Shown piece after piece: positions 1 through 12,389 of a stretch of 64,000 bases of DNA. The position numbers and the translations under genes are program-made. The notes under the pieces were generated by a model that was not told the DNA's origin, searched no databases, and saw nothing but the letters and a program-made list of their open reading frames with translations. Source of the DNA: Nageia nagi (taxonomy: Eukaryota; Plantae; Pinophyta); assembly GCA_050084985.1 (NCBI GenBank), contig JBITNC010000001.1, forward strand, positions 184,946,001 to 185,010,000, written 5' to 3'. The first letter of the stretch is position 1; every line of letters starts with the position of its first letter.

Positions 1-3000
1 AGATGGAGTGTAGGATAAGTTACATTATCATATTCATTAAATACTTAAGGTTTTTAGGGATACCCTTAAGTATTAAGTTAATTACACGAAGAGACCTTAC
101 AATAATGCATTATACATTTCAATATCTATGACCCTAACAAGTAGGTGGCTATACTCATGAATTATTTATTTTGTATCTTTTAGGATAAATAAAAATATAC
201 TATAGGCCATTGTCATCCATGACCCTCCCAGATAGATGGTTATGTTTCCAAAATAGCCAAATAAATAATGTTTAACTTATTATTTATTATTTGACTAGCA
301 ATGATTGAAAAATCAATATGTATGATCTAAAATTAAGCTAACTTGTTGTTATGACATGTGTGATCAAGTAATAAATGTTGAATATGCATTAGTGTCTTTG
401 GTAGATGATTAACATTTTGGTGCAACTTATTTTTTCCTTTAATCCTTTTTTATTTCCTTGTTACAAAAAGCAACCAAGTTAAAAAGGGGGCATGGAGTTG
501 GCATTATCATGAAGCAAATCAATAAAACCTCATGGAAGTTTTTCTTTATGTTTTACTTTAGAATGCATAATTTTCATATAGTTGTATTTTTCAATCATAC
601 TTTCAAAGTAGGACATATGTAGATATCTTAATTTGATTTTTATTTATTTAAAAATCTTATTATTGGTATTATTGATTTATCTTTATCATTTATGCTATTA
701 TCATGATTATCAATATAGTGGACTAATATGTATCTTGTTTACAGGTATTACACGACCCAAGGAGTGGGTATGACCTAAGATGTGGGTGATCATTGTCAAG
801 CTACCTATATAATGAAGACTCACATAAGTCCACTATCATGATAGATTTGGTAAAATAGATTTTAAAACTTGATAGTGATAATATACTCTTCAAGTGTTCT
901 TCAATGTCACCTTATCAAGAATGGAATTTTATGCCTTAACTATCTTATGTGAGCTATTATATCGTTATTGTGCATGAATTAACATTATTGTAGGTTGATA
1001 AAGTATCAATCTTTCATTAGCTGATTGGATCTCTCAAAATTAGATTGTTGACAACCCATATCTAGATTGATAGTGGTTTGTTTCCTATGGATCGAAGCTT
1101 TGGGATCTCAGGTGTATCTTCATTGGGTCATCTTTCATCCATGTTCATAATTCGTTTATTTGTCACAAGTAAATATAATAGGTAAGTATTTGAATTTCCA
1201 TCTTGATAGGCATAAATTATGTTATTCATTGCATATATTTTATTACTTTCATTTATTGAAGTGTTATCCTTTGCCATTGGGGTTACTCAACTTATAGTAG
1301 ATATTGGGATTGTTATTTATTGTTATTTTATTGTACTTTCCCTATTTTACATATCAACAATTGCATTTCATATTGATTTATTTATCTATGAATGCATTTG
1401 ATAGTTATAAAAAATAGTTAAAAGCAAAATTGATTATATAATATACTAAAAATGGCTTCCATTTCATTCATTATAAATTTGCATGCATATGTTTGAATTC
1501 ATATTTAAATACTAAAATTGTATCCTCCAACATTTTAACACGTTTGCATGCATTAGATGTTGTTGTCATAGTTACCAGGTTCAACCAAACCTGTCGAAGT
1601 TTCATTCAAAATTGATTTTTTTTTTTTTTAAGTTGAATTGATTCAATTTAGTTCAATCCTTATCAAAACATACAAACCCTAGTTGTTCTCATGAAATTCA
1701 TTGCCTACTACTACTTCAAAAAGCTCTTATTTTCTATTGGCTACAACCAAGACATTTCAAAAAATCTCTCTCATGATCATTCTCATTTCATATATTGTAG
1801 TTAAGATGGACAATTTAAGATCATTCTCAATATCTATGGGTGATGCAAAATGCCCATTCACTAAGTTCTGAAATTTCTAGAAACATTACTTCAAATAACC
1901 AAGACATGATCATGCATAGTTGTAAATTAAACCATACATAATAATAATAATAACAACAACAATAATAATTGATAAAAAACTTTCATTTTAAAATTTTGGT
2001 GAAGGGTACTTAAACTCTTTTTACATGCTCTATCATATACGAGGGAACGAATAAATTTAAACTTGGGTTTCCCATGAAGCATTTCCATTACTTTCCCAAC
2101 TCCCATGACATGAGTAGACACAAGAAACTCATTGATTTTTTCCATAATTTTTTTTTTGATTAATAAAAAAAATAAAGTGCAAAATGTATTCAACCTTTAA
2201 AAGTTTGAATCACATATACAATAGATGGTTAATGCTTTTAGTTATAGATCCTTTCTTACCTTCTTACTTTCTATTGCTATCATCACACAACCATAAGATT
2301 CAAATAACCACAACAATACAAGAAACTAACACATGATTTTATAAAATACTATAAAACAATCGTACGACTGAACAAAACCATATTTTATACAATAAATATA
2401 CCTGACCCACCCAACTATGAGTAACAAACACATGCAACCTACCTTACAAATACTTAAAAAGTAAACACCCACAAAGTATACTCACTTAAAAGTTGATCCC
2501 TATGAATTTAAAAGTATACACTTGTAAAAATATAGTACCTCAAATTAACAAAAATTGCATACAACAATCTGATGGAGGCACTTTAAAAGTGAGGCCTTGA
2601 ACCTATGATAGTCCACTAGGAGGTCCTCGATTCCATTTGATGGTGTGGATGAGTTGGATCTGTGTAGGAAAAAAATTTGTATACAACTAGAATTCTTTTA
2701 GATAATAAATGCAAATTTACAATACATTTCCTAAAATTAATCTTTAATTTTATTATATTTTTTTTAATTCAATTTCATATGATATATCTACCATCTAAAA
2801 CATTTTAAATTTTATTCTTAACTTATAATATTTGATTATCATAAAAAAAAATTTCATTCATGGACATTAGTCCCCTTCTATAAAAATTGACATTGAATTT
2901 TTAAATGTCATTTATAGCTTATACATAATAAAAACACCACAAACCTTATAAAAATATCAAGATCTAGATCCATAAAGGTTAAAAATCAGTATTTAAAAAA

Positions 3001-3039
3001 ATATTATAATATTCCTTTAAATATATTTAAAAAATTAAT

Positions 3040-3159
3040 TGGGCGCCAAATCAGATAATCTGAAATCCCACTGTCGGGCATACAAATCCTTTGACTTATA
3101 CTGCATATGCACATTGTATATATTGCAAAACGAAGATAAAGAGAAGTCTCGACGCAGAG
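3040..3159 (+). promoter_or_regulatory. Probable RRP42 promoter/first non-coding exon ending at donor AG|GTAAGC
   Basis: The ATG sits 2 nt after an acceptor, so an upstream UTR exon is needed. Strong donor at 3160, a local cluster of CpGs, and a telo-box-like TAGGGTTT near 3270. Confidence 0.5.
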
Positions 3160-4233
3160 GTAAGCCTGTACTGCATTATATTCCTTAAGCTTTTTCTACG
3201 TGGAACTGGGTAAAATTTTCAGCTTGCTGGTGAAGGAGAGATGGTAATCTTGCTATAGAAATATGTGTTTAGGGTTTCCAAGCCTTCCGAAGGCCGAAGA
3301 ATCCACTTGGTGAATTCTAAGAACAAGGTTCAACATGAATGTGTAATTTTTAGGGCATCTTACCATTGTATATATATCATCTAAGAACAACTTTGTGAAG
3401 AATATAATTTTCACTCTGACAATGCTAAGTTTAAATAACATAACATGTAGTAGGTACGATGCAGAGAAATCTGCTGTTCAATAAATAGTATCCTCTATGT
3501 TTTGTATGAAGGATGAACTACAAAACATACTTGACAGATGAGGACTATCTTCCTGAAGTTGAGTAGTATCTTCACTCAAAGCATTAAAAAATTGTGGTTT
3601 AAAGCACTGAAAGATTGGGCTAAAATTTAACTCAGTGCAGCAGAATATCATTTGAATATTTAGTTCTCAATGGCTTTCAACCTCTTAATTATTTTTTTAC
3701 TGTTTTACCTATAAAACAAGGTTCTCCCCAACGTAATTTGATTGCGAGTGACTCAGTCTGGCAGTTGAAAAAAGTTGCATTCAAATAATATATGCTTTAT
3801 TTGATTGTGAAAAGTTGTTTCTCATTAATAAACAAAAAGAGGAAATTTAGCTTTTTCCCTGCTGAACCAAAAAGATACTTTAATATTTCAACTGAACTAT
3901 GTTATCTTCGGGAAACCAAAATGTCTATATCCAATAGATCGTTCATGAACTATGGGAGACCATTACTTTTTCAAGGTCGAAAATATCAATCATGTTTAAG
4001 TGAGTTGCACCTCATGATTTGCCATGAGGTGATTCTCACGGCAAAGTTGTTTATCTTTACTTGTGAAGTACCTAGTCAAAAATTATTTTGGCTCCATGTC
4101 CACAATAAATGGTTATTTTTCCTAATAAATCTTATTTTATGTTCTTGAATATGGACTTAATTATTATTGTTCCTTTTTTGAATTTTATCAGATAACTGAT
4201 ATATAATTCAATATGTTGATTATTGACCATTAG

Positions 4234-4319
4234 GCTCAAGCCAGCAGAGAAAACTTTCTGTTTTTGGAGGGCAAGTGATCTAAATCTCAAATATTGCAAG
4301 GATTACCATAACACACTTG
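4234..4319 (+). other. Candidate additional 5'UTR exon (86 nt)
   Basis: Acceptor cattag ends at 4233 and donor gtgagt starts at 4320; no ATG inside. Confidence 0.35.
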
Positions 4320-5168
4320 GTGAGTTCCCCTTTAAAGATGTCTTCTTTTTCCATGGTGACTGTAATCACAATTGATTTATAAACTTATCTTCTTGTTTGT
4401 GTTTGCTTACATAAACAAGAAGAATGCTTTAGCATTAAATAGCCACTGTAGGTTCCAAACAAATTTCCTGAAAATATTTTTTAAAACTATCCAAGCTAGT
4501 CTGTATTCCGTACATTCCATGCAAGGATTGGTAACACTCAATGCTCTACAACTTGAAGAAATGAGAGCTTGATGGCTATAGCTATTTATTTCTCTAGTGT
4601 TGTCTTTCACATTAATATACAAAAGTAAGATACTGAACTGTGCTGCACTTTGGTAGATCTAAAACAAAAATCATAGGTAATATCGAAACAATGCAAATAA
4701 GAAAAGAGATACGAAAATATAAGTCATTCAACTATTAACCAATGGTGTGGATCAAATTTTGCAGTCATACCATTGTCTTAAAGCAGCTAGAATGTTCAGA
4801 AGTATGTTTCATTGATACATAACAGTTTTAAATTCGTATACATTGATGAAATGGTAAAACTACTAAATGGTATTAAAAATCGATTCAATTCTTTTTGGCA
4901 AAATGGTAATTTAAGAAAAAGTTATTATTATTTATTATATAGGTGTTTACTTTGTTTATGTTGTGATACAAGATCGATATGAGTTTTAAACTGGTTGTTA
5001 CCTATGAACGAGTATTCATGTTAAACATGGAAAAGCAATGATTTCCTCTTTGTAACTATTAAGCTTTGTTTATAAATATGTTTCATCATAAGGTTGCGTT
5101 AGGTGTGAAACTGCAATTGCTGTTTTCTTTGTTAAAATGTTGTCTATTTGCTATTTTGATGCATAGAC

Positions 5169-5294
5169 ATGGTGGGTCTGTCCCTTGCGGAGCAACACTT
5201 TATACAGGGAGGAATCACTCAGGATTTGCGGTCGGATGGCCGTGGTCGACAAGATTTTCGATCATTTTCCATAGAATTTGGTGTTATTCCTCAG
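5169..5294 (+). CDS. RRP42: RRP42 coding exon 1
   Basis: MVGLSLAEQHFIQGGITQDLRSDGRGRQDFRSFSIEFGVIPQ, with the RxDGR motif of the RNase PH family. Acceptor catag ends at 5166; donor gtatgc at 5295. Confidence 0.95.
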
Positions 5295-5452
5295 GTATGC
5301 CTCATTTGTTTTTCCGTTTGTGTATGAACTATGTGTTTCCATTTGCTTGTGCAATTTCTCATTTCTTAAACCAAGTAGCATACGACATACATATGGTCTG
5401 GATAGTTGTGTTCTCTCTAAGTTGACTTTTTGTTATTACGTTCATTTGGTAG

Positions 5453-5509
5453 GCAAATGGCTCTGCCCGAGTGAGAATAGGTTCGACAGATGTAATAGCA
5501 ACTGTGAAG
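5453..5509 (+). CDS. RRP42: RRP42 coding exon 2
   Basis: ANGSARVRIGSTDVIATVK; flanked by tag and gtattt. Confidence 0.95.
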
Positions 5510-6364
5510 GTATTTTACTGTTTTGCCATTATTGCTTGTTTTGAACTAGCAGAAGTGAACTTTGTTACATTATTTGGGATCATGTCATACCCCTATCATA
5601 CGAAGATTTTAACCTAGGTATATGAGTTTTGATGCATCAATCAAATATATTTTTATTATACTCTCATTTCATTGGGTTGATAATTGGTCGGTAGTTGTGT
5701 AGTTAGTTGGGGAAGGTAGATTGAATTACCTGACTATGTTTTTAATTTTCTTTGAACTCCTTGATAAATTGAATTGGTAGATATTGACCTTCTTTATTCT
5801 TGGGATCAAAGTGTGGATCTCCGGTTGCCTACTTCGTTTGAAACCCTATCCTAAGTTCAATATTATTGTTGTGAATCTGCGATATTAGCTGTGTGTTTGG
5901 TATGAATGGATGGACTCTATGTTTCTTTCTGCTCCATTCCCTTTTGTTACTTTTGGAGGTAATGGATCAGACCTTGGTGTAAATGAAGTAAAGATTTAAT
6001 GGTAAAATTGTGTTCAAAAAATCTGAATGTAGGTGGTGGACACTTCCTTCAGTTTTTCATGTCAACGAGAACTCTTTAGCTCTCCAGTCTTGTTTGTTAA
6101 GATCTTATCGGTGCCAAGGTTGAACTGGAGCATGTGGAGAGCCTGATCTGTTCTTAGATATTTGCTAGTGATACTAGTTAACTAGTTGATGCTTATTTTA
6201 TTTTATAGTAATGAGACCTATTTTATAGATATAATATCTATTTTATAGTAATAAGATCTATTTAATTGTATTTTAAGCTATCAGATGAGCAGGTTTTTAT
6301 AATTTTATCCTTACTCTAATTTGCCTTATTTGATGTCATGTTGCATGAACATGGTGCACTGTAG

Positions 6365-6457
6365 GCAGATCTTGGAAAACCAAATCCATATAGACCTGAT
6401 CAAGGGAAGATTGAAATATCTGTTGAGTGCAGTCCTATAGCAGCTCCAGAGTTTGAG
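6365..6457 (+). CDS. RRP42: RRP42 coding exon 3
   Basis: ADLGKPNPYRPDQGKIEISVECSPIAAPEFE; flanked by tag and gttgtt. Confidence 0.93.
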
Positions 6458-6820
6458 GTTGTTTGAAATTTCTTTGTTATCAGTTGGTTTCTTTTTTGCC
6501 ATATTTGATATGAGCTTGCTGTTGTTGCCTCAGTGACCATAAACAGATTATACATGTCACTTCTCGCTTGTTATATAAGCTCTTGGACCTCAGTTTGATA
6601 CATTGTATATTGTTTTTCTTTCAAAGAAGTAAACTGTACACCATTTATTATCTAATGCTTAAAAGTCCGAAACAGGTTTATCATTGCCCTGTATGTGTTA
6701 GAGATTTATCATATGAATTCCAATCATCCATTGTTTATGATCACATGAAAGCTTGCAATCTAGAAACATGTTGGAGTTTCCTTCCTTGCCTTATCATGAA
6801 CAAATACCCTTTTCTACCAG

Positions 6821-6899
6821 CGGAGAGGAGGAGATGAATTGTCTTTGGAGCTTTCAGGAGCCTTGCAGAGGTGTTTGTTAGGTGGTAAAAGTGGAGCAG
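6821..6899 (+). CDS. RRP42: RRP42 coding exon 4
   Basis: RRGGDELSLELSGALQRCLLGGKSGA(G); flanked by cag and gtgagt (phase 1). Confidence 0.93.
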
Positions 6900-8025
6900 G
6901 TGAGTAAAATTTTTGAAGCATTTGAAATAAATTATTTCTTTTTGGTTCCATTTTGCTGCATAGAAAGCCTATGCATAGCTAGATTCTGCAAATATATATA
7001 TATATATAACTTATTTACTTTTTTTTATTACCATGGAATATAAATTAACGACAATAGTCTGTAACCATATAAATCTAGATTTTTAGAGCCTTGTTCAGGA
7101 GGTCAAACTCAGTGAAAGGCATGCTAGGTCAGGTTGTAGTTGAAGACATGGCAAATCAGGTTTTTTTTTACTTAAAAAGAATGAAATTCTGAGTCTGGTT
7201 GTTCAGTTTGAAAGAGTTGGCACCTTTACCATGTAAACATATTGTGTTAGCTCCATAGTTACAATGTTTTGAAAGTTCAGTCCAAACAGAGGATGAAAAA
7301 TGTTAGGAAGTTTGGGATTTCAAAAAGGTTTAGTTCGGTTCAGAAAAATACGAGTATATATAAACTGATCAAGATGACATGTAATTCAAAACATCAAAGT
7401 TTAAACATAATGAATTAAGCGTAGAATAACAAAAGGTTTACATACTAAGCTGAAATTGAAATTGTAAGTTGCAACTTGCAACATTGAATCATGAAAAGGT
7501 GCAAAGTAACTACTTACTAGACATTTGTAAAATCAAATCCTGCGTTGTGTTTAAAATTTAAACTATTGTTATCAACTATATCTGGTTCTCTGCTGTCCAC
7601 ATCATCAGTTTCATCGTTATCTTTGTTGCTGTCCTTATTTCTTTGAAGCATGGTTCTCTAATTCCGGAATTATCACCATCGTTCAAAAGGTAATTTGTGA
7701 GTAAATGCAAATTGCTTCGCACAAAGGCAAGATTTGACAAGTTTTTAGCCCTAAGTCTATTCCTCTTGTTTGTGTGGGTCAAGTCATGCATGCTTCATTT
7801 TATTTTACATACAGAAGCGCTTAAAGATTGACAAAATATCATAGTTATAAGAGTTGCTCGGTCCTGTCCAAGGTTTGGTCTGATCCAAATTTTTTGGACA
7901 GACCGAGCTGTCTGGTTTGGTTCAGTCCTCCTAGTGCCTTAAGTGGCACCAAAAAGAAAATCAAGAAAGAAAAAAATCCACAAACCTCAATACGACATAC
8001 ACTTATGACCAACTTTCGTCCTTAA

Positions 8026-8245
8026 TGCCATAATGTAGGGAACATTCGCCCTTGCCATAATGTAGGGAACATTCGCCCTCAACATCAAAACAATTAGCTC
8101 AACCATTTGAACACAATTGCCCTAATGCGATGTACAATGTACAACCTGCCCCCAATGCCACAACATAGCCATCATTTGCCCTTGTTGCCACAACATAGCC
8201 AATATCCATCCTTGATGCCACAACATAGCCAACATCCATCATCAA
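8026..8245. repeat. Short tandem repeats (about 28-30 bp units)
   Basis: gccataatgtagggaacattcgccct x2, then tgccacaacatagcc... x3 at a 30-bp period. Confidence 0.8.
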
Positions 8246-8649
8246 TGTAGTAGGACAATGAACACAATAGAGTAGTTGGCATGGTCAAGAGTGACTCAAC
8301 ACACAATAGAGCATGCAATAGGCACAATTCAACAAATTACGAGGGCAATAGGCAACATCAACTAAAAACAACAGACCATGGCAAGCAAACCTTTGGAGAT
8401 GAAATATATGTTGCCAAGAGATCCAAACAATACATGAAATCTCAAATGCACCTTTTGTAATCAAAATGTCATGGGTAGTTTGACAAGGGTCTATTGCCAT
8501 TATCTTGGAGGTCTAGATGTTAGTGTGTTGTGGTAAAATGAAAATTCCACATGGCTTGAGGTTGTAAACTTCATAAATTGCATAAAATTTAAATTTGACA
8601 TTAATATTACTACATTATTTACTAACAAAGAAAGCCAAAATTCAACATG

Positions 8650-9560
8650 CTACACATAATTTGGTTCATTGGAAAGCTATTGTCAAACACCAAATGTTGG
8701 TGCAATAAACTCAAAAAAGGAAATTCAAAAATCTCAAGCCTTTTCAAGAGACCCTTATCAAACATTTTCAAGGCAGTGTTCTTAAAAGTTTATTGACACA
8801 ATTAGTGAGGTAAAAGTTTCAAATTATATCATTAAATTCATTGAATCTTCTATCTTGGAGGTTGAAGAAGAAAATGTTGTTCAAATTGTTATGGATAATA
8901 TCACAAATTGTGAAGCAACTAGTGAATTATTGATGGATATGTTTCCTCATATGTTTTTCTCGCCACTTGCAACACATGTTTTAGATCTTTTATTGGAGGA
9001 TATTTCAAAATTGGAATGGATAAAAATGTTGTGATAAAAGGCAAACAAATCTCTTAAGTTTATACTTGATCATTGCTTGACTTTGAACATGCATATACAT
9101 CACTTGTTTTCAAAGCGGGAACTTCTGCCCCATTTTGAAATTAGATTTGCTTCAAATTTCATTACTTTACAAAGGGAATTAGAGAAGAGGACATATTTAA
9201 TAGAAGTATTGGTGAGTGAAGAATGGGCTCAATCCAAGCTTTCTAAGGAAAACTATTAAAAGAATTCTTAGGATTTGAATTTTGAGAGGGGGCTGAAAAG
9301 ATTCTAAATGTGCATGAATTACTTGTCTAGATTTTGAGAATTGTTGACAACCCTTGTATGGGCTTTTTGTAGGAGGGAATGGATAGAGTAAAAGTGACAA
9401 TTCAAAAAACACATACAAATAATCTTGAAGAGGCAAAGCGTATTTGGGAAATTGTGGACAATTGATGGACCATGCTTCATTGCTTTTTACATGTAGTAGC
9501 TTACTATCTAGATCCTAAATTAGTGGAAGTGGGTCAAGATGGAGATGAAGAGATAAATTT
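8650..9560 (+). pseudogene. Highly decayed hAT transposase (DUF659-type)
   Basis: Fragments VEEENVVQIVMDNITNC...HVLDLLLEDISKLEWIK, EIRFASNFITLQR and LHVVAYYLDPK, broken by stops and frameshifts. Confidence 0.75.
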
Positions 9561-11452
9561 GGTTTGTTTGCAACAATAAATAGGTTGATTTATAGTGAAG
9601 TTGGTAAGGTAATATAGTCAAGCAATTATATTGTATTGCAATGTTGCTTCGAGGGGAAAACCTCCTAGAGCAAATGCTAGATTACAAAATGTATCTAAAT
9701 GACGATGTTTTCCCCTTCTCACATCTCATTAAATAAGAAAAGCCCATTAAGGAAAACCCTAACTTAATTGCATGTATGTTGCCACATAACACAATGTGGC
9801 AACCATTATATTATTTTTAACACAACAAAACTCTAATTACATTATTATTGATTAATAGTTAAGGTGGGACCTTAACATTGCTTCCACCTTATAAAAGCTT
9901 TGTCCTCACAGCTTACCTTGTGAAAATTGTTGCTGAAGTTGATGAGTGGTTACCAAGTGGTGTTGTTTGGTGGTATGTCATGCCATTTACTAATACCTTA
10001 GTGATTGTCCAATTGCGTAATTGGTGGAAGTGGCCAGCAAGGAGGATTTTTGGTTTCAAGAAAATTGAGCAAGAGACATGGAAGATTGGGTGGATTTTAG
10101 AAGTGGAAGGCAACTCCAATTTATATGCAGTTTGTCCTTGTATGGCCCATAGTAGTGAGAAGGCAACTTGTGCTTACTACACATTTTGTGTGAAAGCTAT
10201 TATTATGGTTGTAGTCAAAGAAAAACCAAGCCATCAATCTCAAAGCTGCATTCAATGCAATGTTGATCTGCACGTTGTTTCATTCTATTTTGCGTTACCA
10301 CGAAGTTGTCCTTAAGGGTATGTAAGATGTCAATTCATTTTTGTAGATGGGAATCAATTGCATGCACATGTGAGGACTCAAGAAGCTAAGAGGAGAATGA
10401 TGGAGGGCATTGACCATAAATTGCCGCATAAGGGATCATTTTGGTAGCATAGTGTGTGGAGATATATCACCATCAAGGAGGGATATGTTAGACACCTAAT
10501 CCTTAGGGATTATTGTATAGTTAGTATAGTATTAGATACTTACTATATTTAGTAAATTCGTAGCTTTGAGTGTGCTAGAATTTAGAGAGTCATTTCTTGT
10601 AGAATATGAGGAGTTACAATGTATCTCATAGGTCACCCAAGATGGTGAACATCAAGAGTCTTTCTTAAATTGTATTTACACAATATTCTACACTAATAGA
10701 ATGCTTTTTGATCTTGGAGTTATCCAGCTTGTCATTGGTACCAGAGGATTGAGTTTTGCTTTCTCTAACTCTATGAAAGTGATAAAAAACGTTGTCAAAA
10801 TCTGTCCAAAAATTTTGCTTCTATTTTTTCTTCGAAAATGAGCACCAAAATCCAAATCTAAGCACATATTTGGATACCCATTTTCGTGTAGAGCAAGATT
10901 GGTTTTTGAACGAGGTGATTTGAAACAGTTTTGGCAAAATTATCTGTGTGAAGTTTTCAGTCAAGTAAGTGGTCTGTGTGTTAATATTTGGCGGTTTTAT
11001 TTTAGTGGTTTTATTTAAATCTGTAGTTTTACTGCGGAGAAGAATAATGAAGGCATAAACACTGGTATTACTGCGGAGAAGAATTTAAATCTGTAGTTTT
11101 ACGTGCATTCCTGTGACCACTTGTGGTATCACCACCCGGCATTCCTGTCACCACTCATGGTATCACCACCCGATACTCTTGTCACCACCCAATACTCCTG
11201 TTCGATTCGCACTGAAAGCAAAAGCTCGGGAGCGCACCGTTCAAATTTTTCAATCGAGCTTCATGTCGTTCAAATCTTCACGCTGTGTGGCTTCCCCAAT
11301 CACCCTCCATAACACTCAGCACTAAAACTCATGCCCCTCCTTGCACGCCTCACCCAACCGTTCAACCAAAACACTTCATGCAATCCAAAGCTGCGGCCAA
11401 ACACATTACACGTAGTCAACACTGTCCTATGTATCAGAGCATGCCCCCCACC

Positions 11453-11645
11453 CAAACGTAGGACCGCTTACCCACAACGCACGGCCCCCCACCCAATCTC
11501 TTGAGAAACGCACCTGCAGACACAACATTGTCAGCAAACGTAGAATTGCCTACCCACAACGCATGGCCCCACCCAATCTCTTGAGAAACGCACCTGTAGA
11601 CACAACACTGTCAGCAAATGTAGAACCACCTACCCACAACGCACC
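11453..11645 (+). repeat. About 81-bp tandem repeat (2.4 copies) in the copia 5' leader
   Basis: Units start at 11453, 11535 and 11615 (caaacgtag...cccacaacgc...gagaaacgcacctg). Confidence 0.85.
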
Positions 11646-12389
11646 CCCAATCTAGCCGATGTATGCCATCTGGTGCTTTCAACACATTTTGACCAAAGAC
11701 CCGCATAGTCAGCAAACCCGCCTAGCGAGCATTGATTTTTACACAGTCAGCATACACATCAACATTTAATTTCTTTTTTAAAGGGTATTTTCAATTTTTG
11801 AAGACCTTTTTGGCCTTAACTTGGTGTAACAAGCTCCTTTTTCAGCGAGATTTTTTTTGTTGAACTTAGAATTCAGAGTATTTTTCAGTTATGTCATTGG
11901 ATCGATATTGTTTTTGGAGAGCAATTAAAAAATAAATTGGCAAAGATGGTTTAACATTTGACTCAGATTTTGGTGAGTTTGGCATAATTGAGAGATTCCG
12001 TACCTTGGAGTATTGTGTTACCCTTGAAGTTGAAAAAATAAAATCAGACTTGGAAACAGGTTATTTGGCCGATGTTGAAGACAATGAAGATAAAGATGTT
12101 GTTGTTGAGCTATCCGATGTTGCCTCTACTTTTGCCTTACCATCTCCTCGAAGCATGCCTCCTAGAAGGAATCCTCCTCCTAAGAGGAGACATGTGATGT
12201 AATGAATCTATTTTGAGATCTTCTATTCTTTTTGCAATTTTTGGTGTGGTGTGAGCAAAAAGAATCTTCATTTAGTGTGGACATTGTTATTTTCGGCAAG
12301 TGTGTAAATTTTTTTTTTGGCATTGTAAAAGTTTGAAAAAGGCAATTAAATAAAGCTTGAAGTTTCTATTTAAAAAAAAAATGCATTCC

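Noticed and set aside
740-2200. Possible decayed DNA-transposon coding sequence and a hAT-like terminus (catagttaccaggttc at about 1567)
   Set aside because: No confident protein motif, partner TIR or TSD could be found.
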